Shown piece by piece: positions 1 to 8,099 of a DNA stretch of 45,963 nucleotides (position 1 is its first letter; each line of letters starts with the position of its first letter). Source of the stretch: a virus (taxonomy: Duplodnaviria; Caudoviricetes); IMG/VR virus record IMGVR_UViG_3300048080_000233, positions 1 to 45,963 of that record; one strand, 5' to 3'. The notes beneath the pieces are model-generated. The model was not told the DNA's origin, ran no database searches, and saw only the letters and a program-made list of their open reading frames with translations. Position numbers and translations under genes: made by a program.

Positions 1-197
1 TCAGCGGCTGGCCGGCATTGCGCAATCCGAGCGGCCGCTCACTCAAGGGATCGGCCTGATACCGCGCTCATTTGAGAAGCAGCTTCGGAGGATCGAGCCG
101 TGATCGACATGAGCGACTGGCGTGCGGGAGATCCCGATCCCGATCCCGATCTCGACTCGTGCATCGAGTGCGGGGCCATGTTGTTCGAGGATGAGCA
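1..197. repeat. Left copy of terminal direct repeat (circular overlap)
   Basis: 1-197 equals 45767-45963 except A70 vs G45836. Confidence 0.97.
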
Positions 198-261
198 TGA
201 CGGAATCGGTTTGTGCAACGAGTGCCGGCAAGAGGAGGCTAGCGATGACGGATCTGTTTGA
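100..261 (+). CDS. Small Zn-finger protein (53 aa, below ORF-track cutoff)
   Basis: GTG start overlapping the upstream TGA, GGAGG SD; CIEC...CNEC motifs. Confidence 0.55.
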   Translation: MIDMSDWRAGDPDPDPDLDSCIECGAMLFEDEHDGIGLCNECRQEEASDDGSV

Positions 262-436
262 CCTTGCAAAGGACCCCGAGATCGCAGCTCTCCGGCGCGC
301 CGGGGCATGGCCAGCATTTCATCTCGGCGTTCAATTCTGGCGACTTCCTGGGCCGGAGAATCGGTGCGTGACCGAGGAAGAGGCTCTGGCGTGGCTGAGG
401 GGCCTGCCCCCGAATCCCTCTAACGAGAGAAAGTGA
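245..436 (+). CDS. Hypothetical protein
   Basis: GAGGAGG SD before ATG 245 (MTDLFDLAKD...). Confidence 0.55.
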   Translation: MTDLFDLAKDPEIAALRRAGAWPAFHLGVQFWRLPGPENRCVTEEEALAWLRGLPPNPSNERK

Positions 437-443
437 GTAGACA

Positions 444-755
444 ATGGTTGAGACTGGCACCCGTCCGGCACCCACAGATTGCCCGCGCTTCTACAACTGC
501 AACGCCCCCATTTGCCCGCTTGACGAGCGCTGGCGGGAAGCCGTGCATCTCGGCGGCGAACGTGTCTGCTTCTATCTGCGCGCGACAGGGAAACAAGGTG
601 CGGCGGAACAGTATGCGGCCGATCCCGTGTTTCAGATTTGCCGAGAGCGCTTGCCTCTCGTGGCGGCCAAGCATCCCAGCATCGGCAAAGCTGTCGAAAA
701 GGCAGCCGCGGTAGGGTTTCAGGGTGAGAATCTGAGAAAGTCCCAGCCTGGGTAG
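444..755 (+). CDS. Cys-rich hypothetical protein
   Basis: CPRFYNCNAPICPLD motif; fills the gap in the operon. Confidence 0.6.
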   Translation: MVETGTRPAPTDCPRFYNCNAPICPLDERWREAVHLGGERVCFYLRATGKQGAAEQYAADPVFQICRERLPLVAAKHPSIGKAVEKAAAVGFQGENLRKSQPG

Positions 756-809
756 TGGTCCAATTCGTGTCTGAGTGCCTCGGAAGGCCACTATCCCCGC
801 TGCAACACC

Positions 810-1040
810 ATGAAAATGGCTATCTGCGGCGGTTCTGGGGCAGTGGACGTGGCAAAAACGATCTGGTGCGATTCTAGGGGGTGTCGGAAAATCGTACACG
901 TCATCGAAGGGAGGACTGTGTGGGGAAGCGTAACACACGATCGGGAAGGCGCCAAAATTCTCTTCAAAGATAGTGCAGGCAGCATTTGCACCGGGACTGC
1001 TGAACCGGTTGCGGCGGAGGTCGAGCGTGCAACCAGCTGA
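810..1040 (+). CDS. Hypothetical protein
   Basis: 76-aa ORF filling a gap on the coding strand. Confidence 0.35.
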   Translation: MKMAICGGSGAVDVAKTIWCDSRGCRKIVHVIEGRTVWGSVTHDREGAKILFKDSAGSICTGTAEPVAAEVERATS

Positions 1041-1269
1041 AGCCTTCCCCCTGGGACAGTACCTGCGCGAGGAGCTGGAGGCACGCGGTTGGAGCGAGGC
1101 CGACTTCGCCCGCTACAGCCGTTCAAGCGAGGCACGTATCCAGGCCATCCTGTCAGGCGACCAGCCGTGCCCCTGCGAAGAGGCGGAGATGGCTGGAGCG
1201 CTGGGGTGCTCGGCTGAGCTGCTGCGCAATCTGGACGAGGCGTATCGCCAATGGAGGGAGCGGCAATGA
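1027..1269 (+). CDS. HigA/VapI-like XRE HTH protein (orphan antitoxin-like)
   Basis: GTG with GGAGG SD; PAEAFPLGQYLREELEARGWSEADFA...ALGCSAELLRNLDEAY fits the HigA pattern. Confidence 0.65.
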   Translation: MQPAEAFPLGQYLREELEARGWSEADFARYSRSSEARIQAILSGDQPCPCEEAEMAGALGCSAELLRNLDEAYRQWRERQ

Positions 1270-1607
1270 TCCTGGCCGAAGAATATCTGCGGGAGATTGA
1301 AGCGGCCGAGCAGGCGGCGACCGCAGGGGAATGGCTGTTCACCCATCTTGCGGGAGAGGATTGCCGGCATCTGGTTGCCAATCATAACCACCAGAGCGTG
1401 ACCCGTATTGCTGACAGGTTGCTGCGTGATCTGTTTCGACCGGAAGATGCTTGCTTTATCGCCGGCGCCCGCGTCTGGGTGCCCCAGTTGCTGGCGATGG
1501 TGCGGCAATTGCAAAAGGATAACCAACTGCTGTACGACGGCGAGCACTGGCGCGAGCAGCGTATCCTGGAACTCCAGCAGGAGCTTGACGCACTTGAAGC
1601 AACCTAG
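1266..1607 (+). CDS. Hypothetical protein (Ead/Ea22-like), paralog of 5988-6233
   Basis: LREIEAAEQAATAGEW...DACFIAGARVWVPQLLAMVR. Confidence 0.65.
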   Translation: MILAEEYLREIEAAEQAATAGEWLFTHLAGEDCRHLVANHNHQSVTRIADRLLRDLFRPEDACFIAGARVWVPQLLAMVRQLQKDNQLLYDGEHWREQRILELQQELDALEAT

Positions 1608-1926
1608 TCCCCGGTACTCCGCCCTGGAGGAGGAGCTGCTCGGCCAGATCAGGCTCTGTGGTCTCCCGGAGCCGGTGCCGCAGTTTCGCTTCGCGCCGCC
1701 CAGGCGCTGGCGTGCGGACTTCGCCTACATCCCTTTGGGACTGTTGATCGAATGCGAGGGCGGAGTTTGGACCCATGGAGGACACACAAGACCGAGTGGA
1801 TTTGTGCGCGATATCCCGAAGTACAACCGTGCGGCTGAGCTGGGATATCGGCTGGTTCGCTTCACGGGGGACATGGTCCGTTCCGGCGAGGCGGTGGCGC
1901 TGATCGAGAGGATGCTGAGAGGATGA
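1594..1926 (+). CDS. DUF559/Vsr-like PD-(D/E)xK endonuclease
   Basis: FRFAPPRRWRADFA...IECEGGVW...KYNRAAELGYRLVRFT; TTG start after AGGAG. Confidence 0.8.
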   Translation: MKQPSPRYSALEEELLGQIRLCGLPEPVPQFRFAPPRRWRADFAYIPLGLLIECEGGVWTHGGHTRPSGFVRDIPKYNRAAELGYRLVRFTGDMVRSGEAVALIERMLRG

Positions 1927-2564
1927 GACCACGGTTGCTTGACCTTTTTTCTGGCGCGGGAGGCTGTTCGATGGGCTACCATCGTGCTGGGTTTGACTGC
2001 ACTGGGGTGGATCACAGACCGATGCCGCATTACCCGTTCCGATTCGTCAAGGCCGAGGCCCTGGAGTACCTCGCGGCGCACGGCCGAGAATACGACGTCA
2101 TTGCGGCATCGCCGCCTTGCCAGCGCTACAGCCGTTTGTTTAACACCATGGAGCAGCGGCGGCTCGAGCATCCCGACCTTGTGCCCCAGACGCGCCAACT
2201 CCTGGAACGAATTGGGCGGCCCTGGCTGATCGAGAACGTGTACGGGGCGCCGCTCAGCAGGGGATCGATCATGCTGTGCGGCGCCATGTTCGGTCTACGG
2301 ACTTATCGCCATCGATGGTTCGAAACCTCGTTCTGGATGTTTCAACCACCGCATCCAAGGCACCGTATCAAGAGCAATCGTGGATCGCGGAAAAAAGAGT
2401 ATTTTCTCGCCGGCGGGTTCATCAGCGTGGTGGGAAACGTGGGTAGCTACTGCGGGCCGTTGGCCATGGGGATCGACTGGATGACTGGCGCCGAATTGAC
2501 CCAGGCGATTCCGCCGGCATACACAGAATTCCTGGGTAGACAGATATGGAATATTCTGTCATAA
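1923..2564 (+). CDS. Phage C5-cytosine DNA methyltransferase (short form)
   Basis: Motif I LDLFSGAGG, motif IV ASPPCQ, motif VI IENV. Confidence 0.88.
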   Translation: MRPRLLDLFSGAGGCSMGYHRAGFDCTGVDHRPMPHYPFRFVKAEALEYLAAHGREYDVIAASPPCQRYSRLFNTMEQRRLEHPDLVPQTRQLLERIGRPWLIENVYGAPLSRGSIMLCGAMFGLRTYRHRWFETSFWMFQPPHPRHRIKSNRGSRKKEYFLAGGFISVVGNVGSYCGPLAMGIDWMTGAELTQAIPPAYTEFLGRQIWNILS

Positions 2565-2589
2565 GTGCCGGCCCCAGCGGAGCGGCAGA

Positions 2590-2799
2590 GTGATGTCTGA
2601 AACTAAAGGTCCTAGATGTCCTTTTCGTGGCAAATCCCATGAAACCGTATGGTTCCGTGGCTATTGCGCTGGTCAGCGCGGGACGAAACGCGTGTCCTGT
2701 CCTTACGTCAGAGGACCCGGCGGTTTCGCCAAGGCTTGGCTCAGAGGATGGGACGCGGCGCAGGCGAGTGGGATTGCGGTGTGGGCGAGAGAGCGGTAG
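2590..2799 (+). CDS. Ribosome modulation factor (Rmf/CrpP)-like protein
   Basis: RGYCAGQRG...SCPY...WLRGWDAA fits the RMF signature RGYxAG...CPY...WLxGW. Confidence 0.65.
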   Translation: MMSETKGPRCPFRGKSHETVWFRGYCAGQRGTKRVSCPYVRGPGGFAKAWLRGWDAAQASGIAVWARER

Positions 2800-2822
2800 A
2801 GTGGTCAGAGGAGTGACGATCC

Positions 2823-3026
2823 ATGATGCTCAATGACACCAAAAAAGACCGAGAAGAGCGGGCATTCGATGCTCTGCTGGTCTCGGTGCTCCGTCGAGTT
2901 GACAAGGACGACGACGACATTGACCCCAAGCACCTGCCTCAACTCACGGATGACGACAAGGCGGCGCTCGCCGCCCTGGGGACCGACTTCATCGACCGTA
3001 TCCTGGCCGGTGAGCGACCGACTTGA
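2823..3026 (+). CDS. Acidic hypothetical protein
   Basis: GAGGAG SD; 67-aa ORF. Confidence 0.55.
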   Translation: MMLNDTKKDREERAFDALLVSVLRRVDKDDDDIDPKHLPQLTDDDKAALAALGTDFIDRILAGERPT

Positions 3027-3072
3027 CTGCGGCAAGAGCTGAATACTACAAGATGTAGTAAAAGGGGAACTC

Positions 3073-3462
3073 ATGCGATTGAGGAAAAGACTTCCGAAGG
3101 GCAATGGGATTAGAAACTGGGTTCCACTACAGACTAGGATTTGGGCCAGAAGTCTTCGCAACCACGCTACTCAGTGTGAGCGCTTACTATGGCAGCATAT
3201 CCGATGCAACAAACTAGGATTTAGATTTCACAGACAAAGTATCTTATTTGGTTGGATAGCCGACTTTTACTGCCCTGCCAAGAAGCTCGTAGTTGAGATT
3301 GATGATCCTTCGCATCGGCAGCTAAAAAAGAAAGCCAAGGATGCGGTGCGAGACCGAGTGCTCCAAGAGAAGGGTTTTAGGACACTTCGGTTTGCCAATG
3401 AGGAAGTGCTGGTCCGTCTGCCTGAAGTCGTGTTTGCAATCCGTGGCGCCTTGACTTCCTAA
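3073..3462 (+). CDS. DUF559 family endonuclease
   Basis: ARSLRNHATQCERLLWQHIR...FRFHRQ...IADFYCPAKKLVVEIDDPSH...GFRTLRF. Confidence 0.88.
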   Translation: MRLRKRLPKGNGIRNWVPLQTRIWARSLRNHATQCERLLWQHIRCNKLGFRFHRQSILFGWIADFYCPAKKLVVEIDDPSHRQLKKKAKDAVRDRVLQEKGFRTLRFANEEVLVRLPEVVFAIRGALTS

Positions 3463-3593
3463 ACGCAAAGCAGTCTCATTGACAGCGACACTACACTGGG
3501 AGGGCGGCTCGGGTGGGGGCGTGGGGTGGGGCAGGTCATTTAGTACGCCCAGGTTTTGGCCGATGAGAGTGTGGGGGAGCGAGGAACCAGGGC

Positions 3594-4073
3594 ATGAATA
3601 ATCTACAACCTGAGTCCGCTGCACCGGGGGGTTTGGGGGGCAAGCCCACGATCTCGCCTGCCATTGGGGCGCGTGATACACGCCTCGTTGACAAAGCCTT
3701 GCGGCAGCGCTGGCCGATTCCGGAGGAGATCCGAGCCATGCTGGGCGAGGAGCTGGCCAATATTGTCACCAACCGCGAGGAGTCCTCCCGGGCCCGCTCG
3801 ATTGCGGCCCGGGTGCTGATTGCGGCCGATGCCCTGAACCTGGAGCAGGAGAAGCGTGACGCTGGCGGCGAGGTGGTGAACGTGAACCTCAGCGGGGAAG
3901 TGAAGCAAAAGCATGAACACGACCATCGCTGCAAACTCGCCGACTTCCTCGCCCGATACGACGCCGAGATGGCCCGATCGGCTGGACTGCCTCCAGGCGT
4001 ACGACCAGGCGCTGACCAATCCGTGGATGAAGCAGGAACCAACGGTCAGGCAAACGGTGTTCCTGGCCACTAA
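3594..4073 (+). CDS. Probable terminase small subunit
   Basis: Directly upstream of TerL; helical 159-aa protein with VNVNLSGEV tail (positional inference). Confidence 0.55.
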   Translation: MNNLQPESAAPGGLGGKPTISPAIGARDTRLVDKALRQRWPIPEEIRAMLGEELANIVTNREESSRARSIAARVLIAADALNLEQEKRDAGGEVVNVNLSGEVKQKHEHDHRCKLADFLARYDAEMARSAGLPPGVRPGADQSVDEAGTNGQANGVPGH

Positions 4074-5241
4074 TGATATCTCTGAGGTGCTCTATGGTGG
4101 GGCCGCTGGAGGTGGCAAATCCTCCGCCTTACTTCTCGCTGCTTTGCAGTACGTGGACACTCCGGGATATGCAGCGATTCTCTTTCGCAAGACTTATGCC
4201 GATCTTGCTCTGCCCGGGGCGCTCATGGACCGTGCGACCGAATGGCTGGCTGGTGGAGGGGCACGTTGGGACGCCAAGGACAAGACCTGGCATTTCCCTT
4301 CCGGCGCCACCATGAGCTTCGGCTACCTGGACTCTGTTAACGATCATTACCGCTATCAAGGTGCCGAGTTCCAGGGCGTTTTCTTCGATGAACTTACGCA
4401 GTTTCCGGAGAATCAATATCTATATCTGTTCTCTCGACTCCGGCGTCTGGCAGCAGCTGAGATACCGGTCCGCATGCGCGCGGCAAGCAATCCTGGCGGC
4501 ATCGGCCACGGCTGGGTCAAGGACCGGTTCCTCGAAGAGCAATCGGCCGATCGCCTCTTCGTACCTGCACGCCTTAGCGATAATCCTCATCTCGATCAAG
4601 CCGGCTACATCGCGTCTCTGAACCAGCTCGACCCGTTTACCCGCGCTCAGCTGCTCGAAGGCTCTTGGGAGGAATACTCGGGCGGCCTGTTCCGGCGTGA
4701 ATGGTTCCAGATCGTGGACGCGGCGCCTAACGGACTAACGAGGTGCCGATACTGGGACCTGGCTGCGACTGAGGCTGAGCCGGGCAAGGACCCTGACTGG
4801 ACGGCAGGCGTGCTGCTGGGACGAGCCAAAGACGGTGTGTTCTACATCCTCGACGTGCTCCGTACGAGGTCCTCGCCTCGCTCAGTCCAGCAGCTGATCG
4901 AGCAGACGGCCGCCCTGGACGGTACGGGCGTGGCGATCGCCATGGAGGAGGAGCCTGGCAGCTCAGGCAAGACCGTGATCGAGTTCTATACGCGGCTCCT
5001 CGCCGGCTATGCGTTCAGCGGCGACAAGGTCACGGGCGACAAGGTCACCAGAGCGCAGCCGCTTTCCAGTCAGGCCGAGGCGGGGAACGTGAAGCTTGTG
5101 CGGGGGCCGTGGAATAGAATGCTCCTGGAGGAATTGAGCGTGTTCCCTTTTGCGGCTCATGACGACATGGTCGATTCTCTGAGCGGTGCGTTTTCCAAAC
5201 TGGTCCTGGGACCATACAGGAAGCTTGGCGTGTGGGTGTAG
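3913..5241 (+). CDS. terL: Terminase large subunit (start may be downstream at MKQEPT, ~4027)
   Basis: Walker A GGAAGGGKS, Walker B FFDELTQF, ASNPGG, nuclease YWDLAAT...HDDMVDSLS. Confidence 0.95.
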   Translation: MNTTIAANSPTSSPDTTPRWPDRLDCLQAYDQALTNPWMKQEPTVRQTVFLATNDISEVLYGGAAGGGKSSALLLAALQYVDTPGYAAILFRKTYADLALPGALMDRATEWLAGGGARWDAKDKTWHFPSGATMSFGYLDSVNDHYRYQGAEFQGVFFDELTQFPENQYLYLFSRLRRLAAAEIPVRMRAASNPGGIGHGWVKDRFLEEQSADRLFVPARLSDNPHLDQAGYIASLNQLDPFTRAQLLEGSWEEYSGGLFRREWFQIVDAAPNGLTRCRYWDLAATEAEPGKDPDWTAGVLLGRAKDGVFYILDVLRTRSSPRSVQQLIEQTAALDGTGVAIAMEEEPGSSGKTVIEFYTRLLAGYAFSGDKVTGDKVTRAQPLSSQAEAGNVKLVRGPWNRMLLEELSVFPFAAHDDMVDSLSGAFSKLVLGPYRKLGVWV

Positions 5242-5243
5242 CG

Positions 5244-5564
5244 ATGAAGCTACTCATTGACGATGTCGAGATCCCCTGGCCGCGCAAGATCGAGCTGTTC
5301 CTGGCCGCCGATGGGGAAACCATGGCGCCCATGATTTGGGAGTTCCACGGTGGCACGCTGCGGATCGAGGCTACAGAAAAGGACGGTGTCGCTCTATTGT
5401 GGCGTGGGGATGCTGACCCGTTTGTTTGGCTTGGCAACATGCATCCTGAATCGCAAGGCTTGCCGCCCTGCAGGTCGATACCCAATGATCTGCCCGAGCC
5501 AGTTGCGGTGATGGGGGCCCTGGGATTGCCCCGGGAATGCACTGATCCCAAGGAGTATGATTGA
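5244..5564 (+). CDS. Hypothetical protein inserted between TerL and portal
   Basis: ATG 3 nt after the TerL stop. Confidence 0.6.
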   Translation: MKLLIDDVEIPWPRKIELFLAADGETMAPMIWEFHGGTLRIEATEKDGVALLWRGDADPFVWLGNMHPESQGLPPCRSIPNDLPEPVAVMGALGLPRECTDPKEYD

Positions 5565-5600
5565 TGAGCGGGAGAGTGGCGATGACTTGGAAGACTGATC

Positions 5601-5984
5601 ATGAGGGTGAAGATGAGGAAATTCCACATTGGCGATGTTCTGACGGTGGTGTCTGGTCTATTGCTTTCGCAGCGCGGGATGGAAGGGGTGTACGACATCC
5701 TGGGCTACATGACGGGCGAGGAGCTTTACACGCATCAACTGCCCCGGGCTGCCAGCCAGGCCAAGCCCTTCGTGCTGTCGCAGTATCCGCAGCTTAGCGA
5801 GCTTGAGGTCCCTTCCTTGGCGTCGCTGGAAGTTCCTGGCTGGGTCCAGAAACAGGCTGCTGCGTTTGGTGAGTGGCTGCCGCTTTCGTCGATTCCAGAG
5901 CAGGAGAGACAGTCCCAACAGCCGCTCCAAGAGCTAATGAGAATGGTTGGACCAGAGAAAGTCATTGTCATGCTCACGGAGTAA
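5601..5984 (+). CDS. Conserved phage hypothetical protein
   Basis: FHIGDVLTVVSGLLLS...VYDILGYMTGEELYTHQLPRAA motif recurrent in phages (recollection). Confidence 0.7.
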   Translation: MRVKMRKFHIGDVLTVVSGLLLSQRGMEGVYDILGYMTGEELYTHQLPRAASQAKPFVLSQYPQLSELEVPSLASLEVPGWVQKQAAAFGEWLPLSSIPEQERQSQQPLQELMRMVGPEKVIVMLTE

Positions 5985-5987
5985 GCG

Positions 5988-6233
5988 ATGCTGACCGAGG
6001 CGCAGCTGCGGCAGATTGAGGCGACTGAGCGGGCGGCGACGCTAGGGCCGTGGTGGAACAACGGGCACGAATTGTATTACGGACCTCGCAACCATCAGCA
6101 GATATGGTACGAGCCTGATGCTTGCTTTATCGCCGGCGCCCGCACCTGGGTGCCCCAGTTGCTGGCGATGATCCGGAAGCAGCAGGAGACGATCGTGGTG
6201 CTGGTGATGCGGGAGCAGCACGACTTGACATAA
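5988..6233 (+). CDS. Hypothetical protein (Ead/Ea22-like), paralog of 1266-1607
   Basis: LRQIEATERAATLGPW...DACFIAGARTWVPQLLAMIR. Confidence 0.65.
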   Translation: MLTEAQLRQIEATERAATLGPWWNNGHELYYGPRNHQQIWYEPDACFIAGARTWVPQLLAMIRKQQETIVVLVMREQHDLT

Positions 6234-6254
6234 TCTCTTCCCTGTCCACATACT
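6225..6254 (+). promoter_or_regulatory. Sigma70-like promoter giving a probably leaderless portal mRNA
   Basis: TTGACA-18-CATACT, then 7 nt to ATG 6262; no SD. Confidence 0.55.
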
Positions 6255-6261
6255 AACCGCC

Positions 6262-7785
6262 ATGGGAATCTTCAGCGCCTTGACATCCTGGCTCGCCGGA
6301 CGCTTCACGAAATCCCGTGCTTCGCGGCTCATGGCCTCCTTGTCGGCCCCCGGGTACGGCAGCAGCTACGCCGGCAACACCTGGACCGACTCCCGCACCG
6401 AGCAAGTCAAGCATTACAAGTACTGGACCTTTATTGCGATCAGTTCGATTGCCAACAAGGTGGCTCAACTCCAGCCGAATGCCGCAGTGGTGCGACCAGC
6501 CATGCTGGATCAGCGGCTCAAGCGCTATCGCTACAAGGGCGTGACCCTGCGCGGGCGCCGCAAGGCCATGACGCAGATTACGCAGAGCGAGGACCTGGAA
6601 CCGCTGCCTTGCGACCATCGCCTCGTGCGGTTGCTCAGCAATCCCAATGAGCCGGACACCGCCTCGGACTTCTGGAAAGAACTGGTGATCTTTCTCTATC
6701 TCACGGGCAATGCTTACATCTGGTTGCCGCCCGATAGTCTGGGACTGCCGGCCGAAGCGTGGATTTTGCCAAGCCACTGGGTTTGGCCTCGGGCGAACAA
6801 AAGCGATGGCGTGATCACCGACTACGACATCCGACCCGTTTATGCGACGGCACGCATGGAGACGCTGCCAGCCAAGGAGATCGTGCATCTCAAGTTCAAG
6901 TCCCCGATCAGCAAGATCGACGGTTGGGCACATACGACGGCCGGGAGCCGGTGGATCGACCAGGATGAGGCGATCTCGCAATCGCGCTGGCATGCATTCG
7001 CCAACGTCGCGCAGCTGGGGCCGATGCTGTTGCTCGATGAGAAGACGATTGACCCCACGAGGGAGGACATTGAACGGATCGAGCAGCGCTTCATGAGCCG
7101 CTTCAGCGGACCAACGAAAGCGGGCCGACCCGTGATCTTGGCGGGCGTGAAGGACATCAAGCCTTACATGACGAGTCCGCGCGAGATGGACTTCTCCGCC
7201 TCCAGCGACCAGATGCGCGACATGATCCTGGGGCTGTTCGGCGTCCCCCGACAGGCGGCGATGTTTTCCGAGGGCATGACCTACGGGAGCAATTTGGCAG
7301 TTTTGCAGTGGTTTTGCAGCTTCACCATCAACCCGCTTACGAAAATGATTGGGGACACCTATACCGAGAAGATCGCCAGCCGCTACGACGAGCAGAGGCG
7401 TATCCGGGTCTACTGGGACGACTGCACCCCCGAGGACCCGGTGCAGAAACTGGCCGAACACGAGAAGTACCTCGCCACCGGAGTCCTAACCATCAACGAG
7501 GTTCGACAGGAGATCGGGTACGCACCCTACGAGTACGGCGGGGACAATCCGATGCTGCCGATCGGTATCCAGGAGTATCCGCTCAATGAGCCGGAGCAGT
7601 TCCCGGAGTTGTCGGCCGTCGGAGCGGCGGCGGACGAGGCGGAGCGAGCGGATACCGCAGCGCAAGCTCTGCGAGAGGGACAGCCGCCGGCAGGCGCTAA
7701 TGGCGATGAACTTCCGGACGGGTCGGCTGGACGTCTGTCGGCGTCGTTTGCCAATGGGCAGGTGAAGCGGCGGGAGGATTGGTGA
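6262..7785 (+). CDS. HK97-family portal protein
   Basis: LLSNPN...LYLTGNAYIW...EIVHLKF...SPREMDF...ILGLFGVP...VLTINEVRQEIGYAP. Confidence 0.93.
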   Translation: MGIFSALTSWLAGRFTKSRASRLMASLSAPGYGSSYAGNTWTDSRTEQVKHYKYWTFIAISSIANKVAQLQPNAAVVRPAMLDQRLKRYRYKGVTLRGRRKAMTQITQSEDLEPLPCDHRLVRLLSNPNEPDTASDFWKELVIFLYLTGNAYIWLPPDSLGLPAEAWILPSHWVWPRANKSDGVITDYDIRPVYATARMETLPAKEIVHLKFKSPISKIDGWAHTTAGSRWIDQDEAISQSRWHAFANVAQLGPMLLLDEKTIDPTREDIERIEQRFMSRFSGPTKAGRPVILAGVKDIKPYMTSPREMDFSASSDQMRDMILGLFGVPRQAAMFSEGMTYGSNLAVLQWFCSFTINPLTKMIGDTYTEKIASRYDEQRRIRVYWDDCTPEDPVQKLAEHEKYLATGVLTINEVRQEIGYAPYEYGGDNPMLPIGIQEYPLNEPEQFPELSAVGAAADEAERADTAAQALREGQPPAGANGDELPDGSAGRLSASFANGQVKRREDW

Positions 7786-8099
7786 TGGCGGGAATGCGGC
7801 GCAAAATACTGCAGGTGTCTCCTGAACTGCTCTTCGAGTTGCTCAAGGGCATGGACGGTAAGCGCACGTTCAAGATCACAGGTATTCCGGCTGACGCCAA
7901 GGTTATTAAGGCGACCTTGGCATACTTTGATCGTGATCTCATTGGCCTTATGCTGGAAAGCGAAGATTTTCCCATGACTGCTCCTGGTGAACCATATCCA
8001 ATTTTTGATCACAATGAGATCAAAGTCGAAGACGTGACCTGTCGTTCGGCATGGCTTGCTGATGATGCGCTAATCGAGGTGCAGAGTCCGTGCGTCTGA
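7779..8099 (+). CDS. Hypothetical protein
   Basis: GGAGG SD; overlaps the portal stop and Mu-F start. Confidence 0.6.
   Translation: MVMAGMRRKILQVSPELLFELLKGMDGKRTFKITGIPADAKVIKATLAYFDRDLIGLMLESEDFPMTAPGEPYPIFDHNEIKVEDVTCRSAWLADDALIEVQSPCV

Noticed and set aside
2315-2330. GGTTCGAAACC as a tRNA T-arm
   Set aside because: Inside the methyltransferase motif HRWFET; no acceptor or D-arm
3044-3060. TACTACA-AGA-TGTAGTA palindrome before the DUF559 gene
   Set aside because: Single occurrence with no clear promoter spacing or cognate regulator; too weak to call
3913-4073. 161-bp terS/terL overlap as a special recoding event
   Set aside because: A later ATG (MKQEPT) gives an ordinary short overlap; no slippery site seen
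5021-5049. 15-bp tandem duplication in terL (GDKVT GDKVT)
   Set aside because: In frame and within the usual xxxxGDKxxRA terminase motif; no evidence of a separate function
1446-6170. 54-bp pair as a DGR template/variable repeat
   Set aside because: No reverse transcriptase, only two differences and not both at adenines, both copies are coding
6253-7461. Long antisense ORFs (also 32964-34205, 35964-37091, 43459-44631)
   Set aside because: Shadows of well-supported + strand genes in GC-rich DNA; no motifs
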